NCBI GenBank assembly: GCA_002189035.1
Contig: CM007989.1
Coordinates: 6,634,001 to 6,698,000 of the forward strand
Length of the DNA stretch: 64,000 nt
From: Utricularia gibba
Lineage: Eukaryota; Plantae; Magnoliophyta
Direction: 5' to 3'
Below the pieces are notes generated by a model. It was not told the DNA's origin. It did not search any database and worked only from the letters and a program-made list of their open reading frames with translations. Positions 33,475 to 46,667 of this stretch are shown here, piece by piece (positions within the stretch are counted from its first letter, which is position 1; each line of letters opens with the position of its first letter). A program made the position numbers and the translations under genes.

Positions 33475-36400
33475 CTACTCACCAGAGTAGTCTGGGTTGG
33501 CTTCTATGTCCTGCAATCTCAAAGTCACAGCTCTCTTGTGAGCATCCAGACCCTCAATCTGCGCCATGGTGGCTACATATGGCCCAAGGTTCCTCAGCCC
33601 TTCTTCTGTCAGCGACTGAACAGTGATGTACTTCATGAATGAGTCCAATGAGACGCCACTGTACATGCGGGCATAGCCGTAAGTCGGAAGAACATGGTTT
33701 GTTCCACTTGCATAATCTCCAACACTCTCCGGTGTCCACTTGCCCATGAACACAGATCCTGAATCAGAGCACAGCATCAAACCAGTTTTATGGTCGGGCA
33801 GTTGCATCATTTTACGGTTACCAACTTGATAGCAACAAGTAGGGAGAGTGGTTTCACAAAGAAAGATTGTTTCTGGAATCTGGGATTTACCTGCATTTTC
33901 AACAAAGCCTTCCCACTTCTCAGCATCCTTAACATTGAGTATCAAATGCTCAGGTGCGTACATGTTGGAAAAAGAAAGAGCCTGTGAATGACATAGAAAC
34001 AAAAGGAATCATGTACATCTCAGTGGTTTATAGCCTGTGGAAAACTCAATTCAGGAAGCATCAAGCACATTTCTTCGAGTGTCAAAAAATGCAGCAAAAC
34101 TTCAAAAAACGAAATCTATCATAATAAACTTGCATATTTAAGTTCCATAATCACTTGATGAAATATGCTACTACGTAAACATATCCTAGATCCACTTTCC
34201 AAATATCAACAGAATTCCCGGACAAAACAGTTCATCATGGAAACTACTATGCAATATTCAGTTAGCCTTATAAGGTAGGTGAATTAGTTCAGCGCCCAAA
34301 TGCGGAAAGGTCAGAAAGTTGAATATATTTCAAACCTCATTCATGTCTTGCGCATGAAGTATAAAGCTATGGCTTAGTGCTTTTGAAGCAAAGGTTCCCC
34401 GTGGAAGAGTACTGCACTGTTTGTGGATTTCGGTCTCAATTGCAGATACGTCAACATCTCCAACAACAATGAGAACAACTTGGCTATCCGGACCATGCTC
34501 AGCCTGAGAACAAATGACGAAAAGATGAAAAGTATATGGCCAGTTCAAATGATGCCACACGGATGTGGCTTTGCTGTAATTTTTAGTGTAGTCAGTTCAG
34601 AGGTTTATACTGGTTGTCATTTTGTTTTTTTTTTTTTTTGGGCAGCTGACAACAATACATGAAGAATAGTGAAGAAACATAACTAGTGGAATAAGCACGT
34701 AGATACCTGAGAAAGCAAATCAGCTGCCACATGAACAGGGCTTGCATACTTATCTGCAATAACAAGGACTTCTGATGGTCCAGCGGGCATATCTATTGAA
34801 ATCAATGCTTCACTGTTCTATTGAAATCATGTAGAAAGTTAATAATTTGAAGTACCTGTAGAATCACAATAATATGTGAACCAAATAAATGTCTACAATC
34901 TGAAGTACCTGTAGAATCATTTTTGCAGCTGTAACATACTGGTTTCCAGGCCCATATATCTTCTCAACCTGCGTCACATAATGGGATTGTCAATGATCAA
35001 AGATGGAGCATGGAGTTGATTAGACCAAGACTAAAACATAACAGTGCTGATTTGAGAAGCATACAAAAACTGATACACTAGAAACACCTACAGACCTTGT
35101 GTAGCAGTTAAAATCAACCTTCCAAAGGTTGGATAGGGATCTTTTCCATTTGTGGACAACTTTAAGCGCAGAAACATTAACAAAAGTTACCTTTGGGCAT
35201 GATTCCGTTCCCCAGGCCATAGCAGCAATTGCCTGAAAAGTTTTCCCACTGTTTGAGAAAAAAAAAATTAAGATATGAACAAAATAAAATCAAACCTGTG
35301 CACCCCCAGCTTTCAGTATATGGGTGACACCAGATTTCTTTGCACAGTAAAGAACCTCCTACAAATAAAGGCTTGTAAGACACACATAGAAACCCTACCA
35401 AAAATTATTTCAAAGTTTAAAAAACTACCTTACAAATGTTTCCATCTTGCGTAGGAGGAGTTGCAAGTACAACTGTTTTGCATCCAGCAATCTGAGCAGG
35501 CTGATTTTAACATCCATATAGGTGATTTCAATTATTGTTTGACACAAAAAAAAAAAAAAATTTCTAGGTTAAGGCATCATACAACTGAAAGCATTAAAGC
35601 AGTTGACGGCAAAACAGCAGTTCCACCAGGTACATATAGCCCAACTGATGAGATGCTCCGTGCGACCCTCTTGCATCTCACACCCTGAAGAACATACAGT
35701 AATATAATAAGACATATCTAAAAATAAACTTTACGGGATAAACATCCATTACATACCTTCATATTCTCGATAATTTTCTCAACTGGCCTTTGCTCAGCAT
35801 GGAAAGCAAAAATGTTATCATACGCCACATCAAAGGCCTTGCGCACAGCTGGATCAAGCTAATTATAAAATGAGCACATACAAATAATTATGTAATTCAT
35901 AAAAGATAAAAGAATATTTCTCATATCATAGCACAGGAAAAACATAGATGAAAGATGCGAAAACATGGTAGTATAAGAAATTTACCAGAGGATCTGGAAG
36001 GTCATTGATATACTCCAAGACGTTATCCAGTTCAACTTTATCGAACTGCAATGTATAGCTGTATAGCATAAACATATCTTTAGCATACAATACGTTATTA
36101 AAACCTTTATAAAACGAGAGATGGGGCAAAAAAACTGTTCAGAATTGATCCACGATGTTGCATTGGGTGAATAGTATTACCCAACTCAGTGCACAAGATG
36201 ATGCTAAGTTTGGCCATCATACACGGTTAAAAAATGGGTAGTGTAGAGATAAGAACGCCTCACATTGAAATCAAAATACTGGCAGTTGAATAGATATACG
36301 AAAGACTGAATTTCAATAAACAGAAACTATTCATCCTTTCGCTAACCAGGAGGGTTGGCTTCAGGATTTTAAGATTATAACTCTTGAAGGTTATTGACTC

Positions 36401-37025
36401 TTGCATGCATGTTTTCGTTTCATGACCAAATATCAACATAAACAACGTAAGGAAGTCCACTCATAAACAAAAAAGAGTGCACGCGATGCATACTCCTTAA
36501 CTGCTGCATCACCTCTGCTCCTCACATCATCAACAATAGGATGGACCTGCACATACACGGTGCTGTGATGAAGTCGAAATAAAAAGAAGGGAAATTTTAC
36601 AAGTCAAGGTAATTGCCCAGGCCTAAGGCTCACCACATTGAAAATGGACGAAAAATCAATTCGAGGCCGGACTAGAAGGCTAGCAACCTCAGTCCTTGAA
36701 AGATCCACCAACTTATAGGATTTCATAGAGCAAGTTTGAATGAAAAAACTTGATCCTAAAAATGTGACAGATGAGATAGATATAGAGTTGATAACTGAGA
36801 TAAAAAGAAAATAAATAGCAGAAGAAAATTATTAGAATAGAACTTAACACACAGCTTAAGGCTCCACGCTTTTACGTCAGTGAAAATAAAAAAAGTTAAA
36901 CATCGCATTACATCACAAACACAATAGACGAATATGGATACGGTATGAGTATCTGAGAATCCTAAACACATCCGAAAAACAAATTTACGCATGTAAATTA
37001 GATGTTTGGATGAAAGGCCCTGCAT
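33475..37025 (-). CDS. HDH: Histidinol dehydrogenase, multi-exon; N-terminal exon unresolved
   Basis: MKSYKL...[103 protein letters not shown] and [10 protein letters not shown]. The core exons join in frame. Confidence 0.96.
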
Positions 37026-37722
37026 TTCACACCGTCCATGTCAAATTCTACAGCCGCATCCAAAGAAAGGCATAAAAACTAAGCGGGGACTCCTAAAATT
37101 GTGCCAAATAAGATTTGAAAGTCGTAATGAAGAGAGTCATACCGGAAAGTAACATAATACCGGCCGGAGAAGTGCAAAAACGGGCTGTTAGGCCACCAAC
37201 GGCGTAAGGCTACGGGAAATCCAAACGAGAAAAATTCTTGCAATCTTGGCCCGAGACACCAAAGCTGGAACACTAATCAGGCAGCGTTTGAGCGAGTGCT
37301 ACGAGAGACTGGAAAATGAAGAGAGTCTAACGGGCGGCATCGCCGTAGCACGCCAGGCCACACCGGTTGAGTCCGCGGGCCAAAAGATACACTAAAGCCC
37401 GTATGTCCGGCCGGGAGCATAAATAACAGACCCGATCATCATTCCTGGATACAATGCCCCAATGACTCCCCCTCCCCGGGCACACTGTGAAGCCCAAGTC
37501 GAGATCCCCTCCCTATTGGGTCCTTCGTTTTTAGGGGTCAGGCTTGGCATTCATGTCGGGCTCTTTCTGTGCCGAGGATCACTGTCCAAATCCCGGGCAC
37601 GCCAGGCCTCAAAGGCACTGATTTATGAGATCACTGAGCTGTACGGTGAACAGATCACCGGCGGGGACGTGCCGCGGCTATGGGCTGAGCCGGCCCCTGC
37701 CCAACTCCACAGATTTGGATCC

Positions 37723-39689
37723 ATGACAGATTATTTAATATTTCAAAATTTGGATGCTGCTGTTTGCGTGGCTGCAAGCGAGTTTCCGGTGGCAATGATC
37801 ATATCCAAATTCTTGCTGCCGCTGACAGCCTTGCCGCCGCGGGCGATGGCGGAACCCGTGAAGCCGGCATCTTTGCCGCTCGCCAATGATGCTCAAAACT
37901 CTTTTCTCCAAAGGAGAAACTTCATTTTCGAAACATCGATCGCCTCCACATTTGTTGCTTTATTTTCAGCAACTGCCTCAACTGAAGGAGCGGCGCCGTC
38001 AGAGAATACTTTTCTTTCTGGCATTGCAAATACCAAGTCTTGGTTCCTCTTCTATGGCGATGGGTTCGCCATTCGGGTGCCTCCTGACTTTCAGGATATC
38101 ATGGAACCTGAGGTACATCACTCAAGCGCTATTCATCTTGCGCTCTCTTTGATTCTAGCTTTTTCTGGATTCCGGAGGCATTCTTAATCTTTCAGACACC
38201 GAAGTTATGTAATAAAAATGATCAACTTGCAAAACCTGAAACTTATATTAAAATCAAATTGCTAATTTCTATCATCAATGTTTTCCAACTTTTCTAGAGC
38301 ATATAGGTGGAGGGTATGGTGTCCCATTTTGATTTCTTCAGGTTGTGACGCAGTGTTTTTGTAGGACTTCAATTCTGGGTTATCACTTTATGGAGACAAA
38401 GCTAAGCCGAAGACATATGCTGCACGATTTGCATCTTCAGATGGGTAAAACATTATAATCTTAAGTATATCAATGAAATGATTTCATTAGACTTATGCTT
38501 TTAAAGTGATGTTAATAAACTGAAAGAAGCAGTATATTACAGTGAATTTATAATTATGAAAGCAGATCTCAGAAATTTATATTCACCACTCTAGAAATGG
38601 TTCTGATAAAAAAAATGATGGTCCTAATTCTAAACGGTGGTAACGCTGAGATGTCTGAGCAAAATTACATTGTGGGTATTCATTGAAGTACAATTCTAGC
38701 CGAGTCGACTGAACTAGAAACCAAGGTCTACTTGTGTTCCCCCAATCCTAATCTAGCCTCATAAAATTGACTAAAAGTTCTTTGAAGCGTTTATCAGGTT
38801 AATGTTTACATTTTGGATACGCTAGTTGCAAGAAGTGTTAATTTCCTGTTTTCTGACCTGGGAAGGTTTGGTTGTTCGGTTGCTATGATTTGCAGATCTG
38901 AGTTCCTTAGTGTAGTGATTCGGCCATCTAATCAACTTAAGATCACATTTTTAGAGGTCTGTGGCTGCACAAAAAGAATTCATTCATCAATTTACGAGTG
39001 AATATGGGTTAAAATCAAGGCAAGACGAGTTTCTTTTTCTTTTTTCTTTTTCAGGCTAAAGACATTGCTGATCTTGGATCATTGAGGGAGGCTGCACGTA
39101 TATTCGTTCCAGGTAATTAGTTATGGGAAAGATAAGTTTCTCTTCCTTTCATGTGAGTGGTTTATCTGGTGTTCATTTAGGTGGAGCGACTTTGTACACT
39201 GCCCGCACTATCAAAATTAAGGAAGACAATGGCTACAGGTATCCTGTGCTTACTGCTGTGCTTTCACAGTTGAGTTGATCATACACTACGCCAATCACTC
39301 CTGATTGGCTAGCAATTCACTTGAGCAACCATATCTTGATGGTGCTGACTGCTGAGTTCCGTTTTTCATTTTAACTCAAACGAATGATAATCATGTGGAT
39401 CGAAAAATTGCTGATTTCGTTTAAATTCAATGACAACTGTTTCAGGAATTACTATTATTATGAATTCGGCAGAGATGAAGAGCATGCTGCGCTTGTTGCT
39501 GCCGTAAATAGTGGCAAGGTTGCTGTGTTTATTTTCCGATCTCTTGATATACCCGGACTCCACTGAGTGTCTAATCTCTTGTGCCTGTTTTTATAGGCCG
39601 TTGTTGTTGGAGCTACTGCACCCCAGAAAAAGTGGGAGGAGGATGGTGTTAAGCTTCGGTCTGCTGCCATCTCCCTTACACTTCTCTAG
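37723..39689 (+). CDS. PsbP-domain thylakoid lumen protein (PPD7-like); start 37723 or 37795
   Basis: Twin-arginine motif LQRRNFIF followed by a hydrophobic run; WFLFYGDGFAIRVPPDFQDIMEPE|DFNSGLSLYGDKAKPK...YYYYEFGRDEEH...KLRSAAISLTLL*. Confidence 0.9.
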
Positions 39690-39899
39690 TCTCTTCCTAA
39701 GAAATACTTATAATTGCATTCCATTTACGTGAGAATATGCTTGCGTTGTAGCTGTGAAATGCTTCCAGTGTCCAGGAACATCCCATTTTTGTAGACTTGT
39801 AGAAACAAAACCCAAGATTGTAAGTGATCATACAACAGTTGAAATGCCTTCAAGGAAGTCTCAATAATCTATTCTTGTATGGCAAAAAGTTCTCTGGTT

Positions 39900-42134
39900 T
39901 CATCCATCCAAATGTTGAGGGAAATGCTCCACATCTCTTGCAGATCTTATCCCTCGAAGAAGACTCTTTGCTGTCTCCTTTTCCTGGTGCAGGAAAAAGT
40001 GAGAACACAACATCACAACACATCAGCATAAGTTTACAGAGCCATGGAAGAACTTACAGAACCAGTGTAGTCGAGGAGACGCGTACAATAAACCTCAGCT
40101 TCTTCGAATCTTTTGTGGGTTTTACAGTGCTGAGCTAAGAACATGAGAGCTTCAACCATGTTTGGTCCTTCCCTATCCTCCGAATCCATCCTTTCCAAAT
40201 CCTTCTTGTAATAGAAAGCTGCCTCTTCAGTTCGACCAAGTTCGGCATGAAGCTTTGCAAGTCTGTGCAGTGCTATGGCTTCTTTATCATCACAACTAGC
40301 TGCTCGTCTATAGCACTTGATGGCTTCCTCAAGCATATGCAGCTGTTCAGCTTCATAACACTGAGCCATGGCAATCCACAAACGAGAATCACTTGGTTGC
40401 AGGAATACTGACTTCTTGAAGTAGTGAAGAGCATATAGTGGCATTCCCATCATTTCATAAGCCTGGCCTAATCCATACCATGCTCTATAATCACATTGAT
40501 GAATGTCGACTGCACGACGATACGCATAAACTGCAGCAGACATATTCTTCATCTCCACATACTCATGGCCCATCAGGGTCCAAGCTGACAAATAGTTCTT
40601 GTTCAATTTCAAGGCTCGACTGAAGTACATAACAGATTTTTCATGGTTCCCTTTCAAGCTGTAGTAGTTACCAATAATGCAGCATGTTTCCGGCCTATAT
40701 TTATCCGTTAGAAACACACGGTGTGCAAGATAACTCAGTGCAGAGAAACATTCCTTGGCATAGAGCACATTGGAGTACATATCCATATCATCAATTCTGT
40801 AGGGATCATTCTTCAGTAGTTCTTCAAACATACCTTCCACTTGCTCAAACTCCCTGAGGTTGTACTGGGCCTTCGCAACCTGTGCCAGTATGTAGTTGCT
40901 ATTGGAAAAAGTCCCCATCAGATATTCATACTTTGTCAAAGCCTCGTTGTGCATCCGAAGCTCTTGGTAAGCACTGGCAAGGAAGAAATCCTTCATCCAG
41001 TGATTGTTGAGATTAAGCATCTTTAAAGACTCTGCTGTTGTGCACAGCGTTTGTAGCTCAGACCAAGCACTCCAGTTCCAAGGGTAGCTGTTCACAGATT
41101 CGACAAGGACATTCCTTGCTAGATTCTCATTGCCCTTCTCCTTGAGAACAAGGCCATACATGTAAAGACCAAATGGGTCGATCCAACCATTACTGCGAAG
41201 TTTCGACAGTTCTCTCTCAAGGGAAGGCAGTTCTTTATTCATGGTATAGCATTTCCCCAAAGGCCCCCCCAGTTCTACTGTCTCTTCTTCTTTTCGCTTT
41301 TCCCCGGCCTTGAGCAGATGGAAATCAAATTTTAAGCAGATGAGCTTAAGAGAAAAATCACTAGATATAGCAAACATGGTGCTCAAAACAGTCCGCAGTT
41401 TCTCAAAATGGCTACTTGCAAAAAAGATCGAAGTGAGAACACTGCATAAACAAATAAGCTCCGAACTTTGAAAGTGTTTCATGCTCGTTTTGATACCGTT
41501 AGTAATGCATTTAAATAACCCACAGCAATCACTTATTCTCCATAATCAAAGAAAGGACAAGCACAAGGTGCAATTGAGAAAAGTGTTAGAAAACACCAAC
41601 CAAATAGAGAGAATAGCAGCGCAAGAACACAGCTTTATCGTTGGTTTGATCTCGGAGCACATGGGCAGCCCTTCTGTACTCTCTGCAATCAAAATATGAC
41701 TTGGCCAATAAATACAAATCGCCACTTATCACGTCGCAGTCTAATTCCTCAACCTCCGCTTGCGGCGGTGTGGCTACGAACGGCAGGGTGGCAGAAGGTG
41801 TGAACGATGAGTCCGCAACAGTGACGGCGCGGTTGCGGAGGCGAACCCCAGAGCTCCCCCGCTGGAATCGAGACTGCAAAGGGGTTTGCTTCATGGAATC
41901 TTGCTCTATTCCAATCAACTGCTCCGCTGCCCTTCAAAAACCCATAAAAGATTCGATTTCACGACGATAAAAAACCGGCATTTTGAAACGAATAGATGAA
42001 GTTCGCAAGAAATAAGAACGTGGGGTTTTGAAACTGATAAAGGTTTACCATTTTGCCGCGGAGTTCAGGCCGCGGTCTCTCAGCTGCCGGACGGCGGAAC
42101 GCAGCTCGTTTCTGCAAGCTTCCTTCGTCGCCAT
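39900..42134 (-). CDS. APC8: Anaphase-promoting complex subunit 8 (CDC23), 4 coding exons
   Basis: MATKEACRNELRSAVRQLRDRG..AAKW|AAEQLIG, YLLAKSYFDCREYRRAAH, TPR motifs KYRPETCCIIGNYYSLKG, AWTLMGHEYVE and DYRAWYGLGQAYE; last exon EKETAKSLLRG...DVEHFP. Confidence 0.97.
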
Positions 42135-43549
42135 TACCCTTACCTATTCTTAACCAACAGACGGCGCCCCCAACACGAATCAATTGAATCCAAATCCTCA
42201 CTCACTTCACTTCAGTACTCCAATTCCAAGTTGCGATAGGTATATACCAACACTCTCACCGTCTCCAACAACCACCGTGCCGAGAAATATAATTTTCTCA
42301 TTTCAAAGGGAGAATTTGAATTTGATGCAGAGGCAATGTAGATGCCGAACGCAGAACATATCTTTTTATATATTTTATTTTTTAACATTATTTAGATAAA
42401 TATAAGTTAAAATTAAAAATATATTCGATATTTAAACTTATACATACGAATTTAATAATTATTTTAAAAGATTAACTCCAAACAATTATTAATGATCTCC
42501 AAATTTTTATATATTTTATTATTTCATTTTCAAATCTTAAAGTATTATTTATCTTAAGATTATCTTTACCAAGTTTCGGAAATGCTAACATGTTATTTTT
42601 GGAAATTGAATTATTGAATTTCGTTTATCAAATTCATTTTATGTTTATATTCATTTTCGAAAATTATAATATTAAAATAATTTAAAATTACCATATTTTT
42701 AATCATTTTCAGAAGTAAATTGTCTTTCCTTATTTCCGTTTCATGAAAAAAGAAAAAAAAAAACACATTTACCAATTTTCAAAAATCTTTATTCTATTTT
42801 CGAAAACCCCATATCAACATTTCCAAAAATAAGTAAAAATACTCTAATAAGTTGATGGCATTTAAATTCCCTGTGTAAACTTCCTATTAACTTTGGGTGT
42901 GTGTGGAGAGTTGTTTCAAAATAAGCATTTGCTTGCAGAGTCTCATTTCCAATTATGGGCTATGAAATTACCTTCTGACCCCAACATATTCCATTTCTTC
43001 ACTTTCTAAGGATGTGCATATATTTTTATATCATGTTTCTTCTTCTTGACAAATGTTTCCAATTGGGTGTATTTTGCCTAACACACAAGTATAAGTACAT
43101 TATCAAATGTACATTTCTAATAAAGTGACCAATACATTATTGATAATTACATATATTTTTTTTAGATGGATGAAGGATGAGGAAATATAAAACAGCTCTT
43201 CAGAATTAGAAAAATGACAAAAAAACGACATACAATGCTGGTCAGAATTAGAATTAAGGCAAATATCAAATACGTAGGGTGAGCTAAATAAGCCAGGTTT
43301 CATGAATACTTGTGCCATGCAATGCTGGTCAGTTGCGGTTGCGGCGGTTCTGTAATGGTGAGATTGGAACTGTATAACTAACCAAAATTGCACAGTACAG
43401 CATCTTTTTGCACCACATCAGAATAAAGGGAACAAAATGCAATATTTTCAGTTGAAAACTACATTTCACAAGCGACAGAAATCGTGTTCGTGAGATTAAA
43501 AGGGATGGAACAAAAAAAAACCTGGAATTTTAGTGGAGTTTCAGTATTT

Positions 43550-45537
43550 TTATGGTGCAGCAACCAAATCAGGTGTCTCGGCTTCAACGGAAAGCAAAGC
43601 GGTGTGCACTTTGCCGACCCAGTTATTGAGACGATCACGCAAGGGCTTGACCTGAGGGATTCCTAAAACTCGTGGCTGCATCCATGATACATAAACAGTT
43701 CCCTCTACTTGGTCGATGATCCCTTCTATGAGATGCACCTGGAGATGGTTCATTGAGAAATTAAATTGTAACATAACTCCAGATAACACAGGCAAGCATT
43801 GAAATATGAATTTCAGGGGGGGGGGGCGAAGGATGTGCTCAAGGTTGTGTGAATTTGGAGGGCTCGAATTAATGGCATGCACATCAAACGACCATGTGGA
43901 ACCGAACAATTAGGAACTGAATAGATGCGGGACTTACTGATAAACTCTTCATAAGAAGATACTCCACATTCTCCACAGTAAGTCTTGTCTGTTCAGCAAT
44001 GACTTGCAACGGTATAGTCCTCTCTTCAGATGGTCGGCTGGAAATGTTAAGTAGTGTACCGGGATTAAATAAATACGGAAGGCGATCTGTTTTTTTTTTT
44101 TAAATAAGGGTTGCAATTACCATCAATCACCTGAATATGATCTCCATCAAACAAAGTATGTTGATTTTCTCCAGAAGCCTTTTCTCATTCTGGACTAAAG
44201 CTGGTTGGGAGTTTAGAGCAGCTCCATGCACACGACATAGCTCCTGATAACGTGCCAGGTCACCCGAATTGGATGCTTCTAGAAGATAGTACAGCCATTC
44301 AATTTTCGTTCCAAGGAGACTTTTTATCTGTATGGAAGACCAAAAAAGGAACCATGGAACTTGAGCTGGGACATCTAAGCGATACATACAACAGAGTCAC
44401 ATTAGAGATAGTGTGATAACTCATGCTTACAATTGGATGGGCAAGAAGTTCACCGAAATTGTAGATATTGTCCCCAACAATGCAGAAAGTGATAAATCAA
44501 ATGCCAAGTCCTAGGTGAGAACTTTAGTCAATACTTTGACAATACATTCAAAACAAGATAATGTAAACCAGGAGTAAAGAACTTGAATAAAGATGCTTAG
44601 AAATCATAACTTTCACCATTCACATACAAATCAACTAAAAAATAAATGATTTTATCCAATCAAAAGCATGTTTAAGGATAATATACCAGCTTAAATGGTT
44701 CTGAAAGTGACTCCACTGACGTGTAAGCTAGATAGAGCAGAGCACTTCGGTAGAACTCCGAAAATTCCTGAAGGGATTTATGATGTTGTGATGAAACCCA
44801 ATAGTAGCTGGCGTACACAGTAGGATCAATGTCAGTCATGCTATCAAGTGTACTTTTTCCTTCCAGGAGAAGATTCTTGCAATCTTTTTTATCTCCTTGC
44901 TCAAGCTTGAATAACGCAATTTGCATCTTAGCATAAAGTATTGGCTCCTCTATGCGTGCTTCTCTGGTAATCCGAAGCTTCTGAATTACTCCTTCAAGAT
45001 ATTCTATCGCTGCTTCTTTGTCTGAGTAGTGCCGTGAAACTATGACGGCAAAATGTGCAAGCTTGAGAAGATTGATCTTTGTCTCAAAATCAGAGATGAA
45101 ATTGTGGTAAAGCTGAATTAAGGCATCCCCAGCCTGAAACAAAACATTACAGATATTAGAAAAAAAGTGACAAAATTGAACCTTTAGAAAAAGGAAACAC
45201 GAACAACACGCAATGACAATGCAAATAAGTTTGAATAAGAAAAACTTCATAACAAAAGTCAATGCACTCGAGACATTGGAAATCACAGAGTCATCATCAC
45301 GAAGCATGACATTAAAAAATAATAACAACATGGAACAAAAAACATAATTCCAGGTACTGTGGAAGATCCAGAAGGAAGATCCAGAACCTGAAACACAGCA
45401 AGCGCAACGAATTGTTCGAGTTTCAGCGTCAGTTGGTGCCAGAGCTTCCTCTGATACAGATCTGAAAGCGTGTTGTACCATTCTGAGAGCTCCGGATGCG
45501 CATTCCGCAGGGTTTCCAAATACTGCAGCGCCGCCAT
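43550..45537 (-). CDS. RPN9: 26S proteasome lid subunit RPN9/PSMD13, with an apparent 1-nt frameshift in exon 44431-44510
   Basis: MAALQYLE...LYQRKLWHQLT, FISDFETKINLLKLAHFAV, DLAFDLSLSALL, KINILCLMEIIF, VEYLLMKSLSVHLIEGIIDQV and WMQPRVLGIPQ. Confidence 0.95.
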
Positions 45538-46402
45538 GGATTCAACCCCTTGTTCGATCGTCGCGCAGCTCAGCGAAGTTTTCTGCGTCGCGAAAGTCCA
45601 GAGCAAAAATGAATAGGGGCGGAGATATTTACGTATATATATTTACACATGCGGCTTTAAGAAATGTTTAATTAATTAATTAATTTCATATAAATAATTA
45701 ACGTTTTATATAAAACATACTTCCAACATAAATATTTTTATATTTAATTGATAATTTAACCTCAATTATAAGTACTGCACTTTTTCTCAACATTCACGAT
45801 TTCTTTTTTTTTTTAATTAAATTTTATAAACAACCAAATTTTTAAAACATTATAAAGACAATTTGTCAAAAAATATTAAAAAGCAAGAAAGAGAGATCGA
45901 TTATTTATTAAAGATAAAAATTACTTACAAAAAATTTTCTAAGAAATCCAAAGGACTTCCAAACACGCCTTAGTGAAATCAACTCCATTTATTCCGCATT
46001 TTCATTATGTAAAATTTAAAATAAAATTTTCAATACAATTCAGTGTTACAAGAAAAAAACAAACAAATATATTATAAAATAGTTTTAGAAATAAACTATT
46101 TTCTAAAATAAAATAGTTTTACATATGGAATTGTAATTTTAGACACTGCAACTCAATAATTACATTATGTGTAATCTTCACATTGCCATTTCAATGAAAA
46201 TTTCAGGCATCATAAACAAATGATTATAGTGTTTGGAATTTTAGCACATTCATTCTAATAAAAATTGCTCATCACAAAACAATTCTTGTAATATTTAAAA
46301 TTTTTAGATTAAACGAATAATGGTTCAAAATTTTGAGAAGAAATAAATGTTGGTCAGGGTTTTGAAAAAGAAATGATAAATTAATTTTAAATAAATAAAT
46401 AA

Positions 46403-46433
<31 letters not shown>

Positions 46434-46667
46434 TATTAATTTTTACTTTTACTTTTACTTAACATTTAATATAAATTAATGTTTTACACATAATTTAACT
46501 TCAAAATTTTCCAAAACACTCCTTATATATTATGTATATTCTCTTGTCTTTGACATATTCATACTTTACATGTGATTCTCTGGTTTTTTGGCACATTGAC
46601 TTTTACTTGACATTCATTATAATTCATGTTTTATTTTTAAAATATTGTAGATTGAAAGACTCAACTA

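Noticed and set aside
32999-33490. 129-aa and 151-aa ORFs between the ankyrin gene and HDH
   Set aside because: They lie in the convergent 3'UTR zone, include an A15-derived poly-Lys/Phe run and show no recognisable motif.
37462-37722. In-frame upstream extension of the PsbP-domain ORF to ATG 37462
   Set aside because: Crosses the GC-rich shared promoter and would give an implausibly long presequence; later ATGs fit a lumen-targeting peptide better.
39239-39445. PsbP-domain intron beginning GTATCCTG as a U12 candidate
   Set aside because: No CCTTAAC-like branch site near the acceptor, and the 3' end (TGTTTCAG) is ordinary U2-type.
39900-45537. Adjacent APC8 and RPN9 as a ubiquitin-proteasome functional cluster
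   Set aside because: Two housekeeping neighbours in a gene-dense region are unremarkable, and no shared element is visible.
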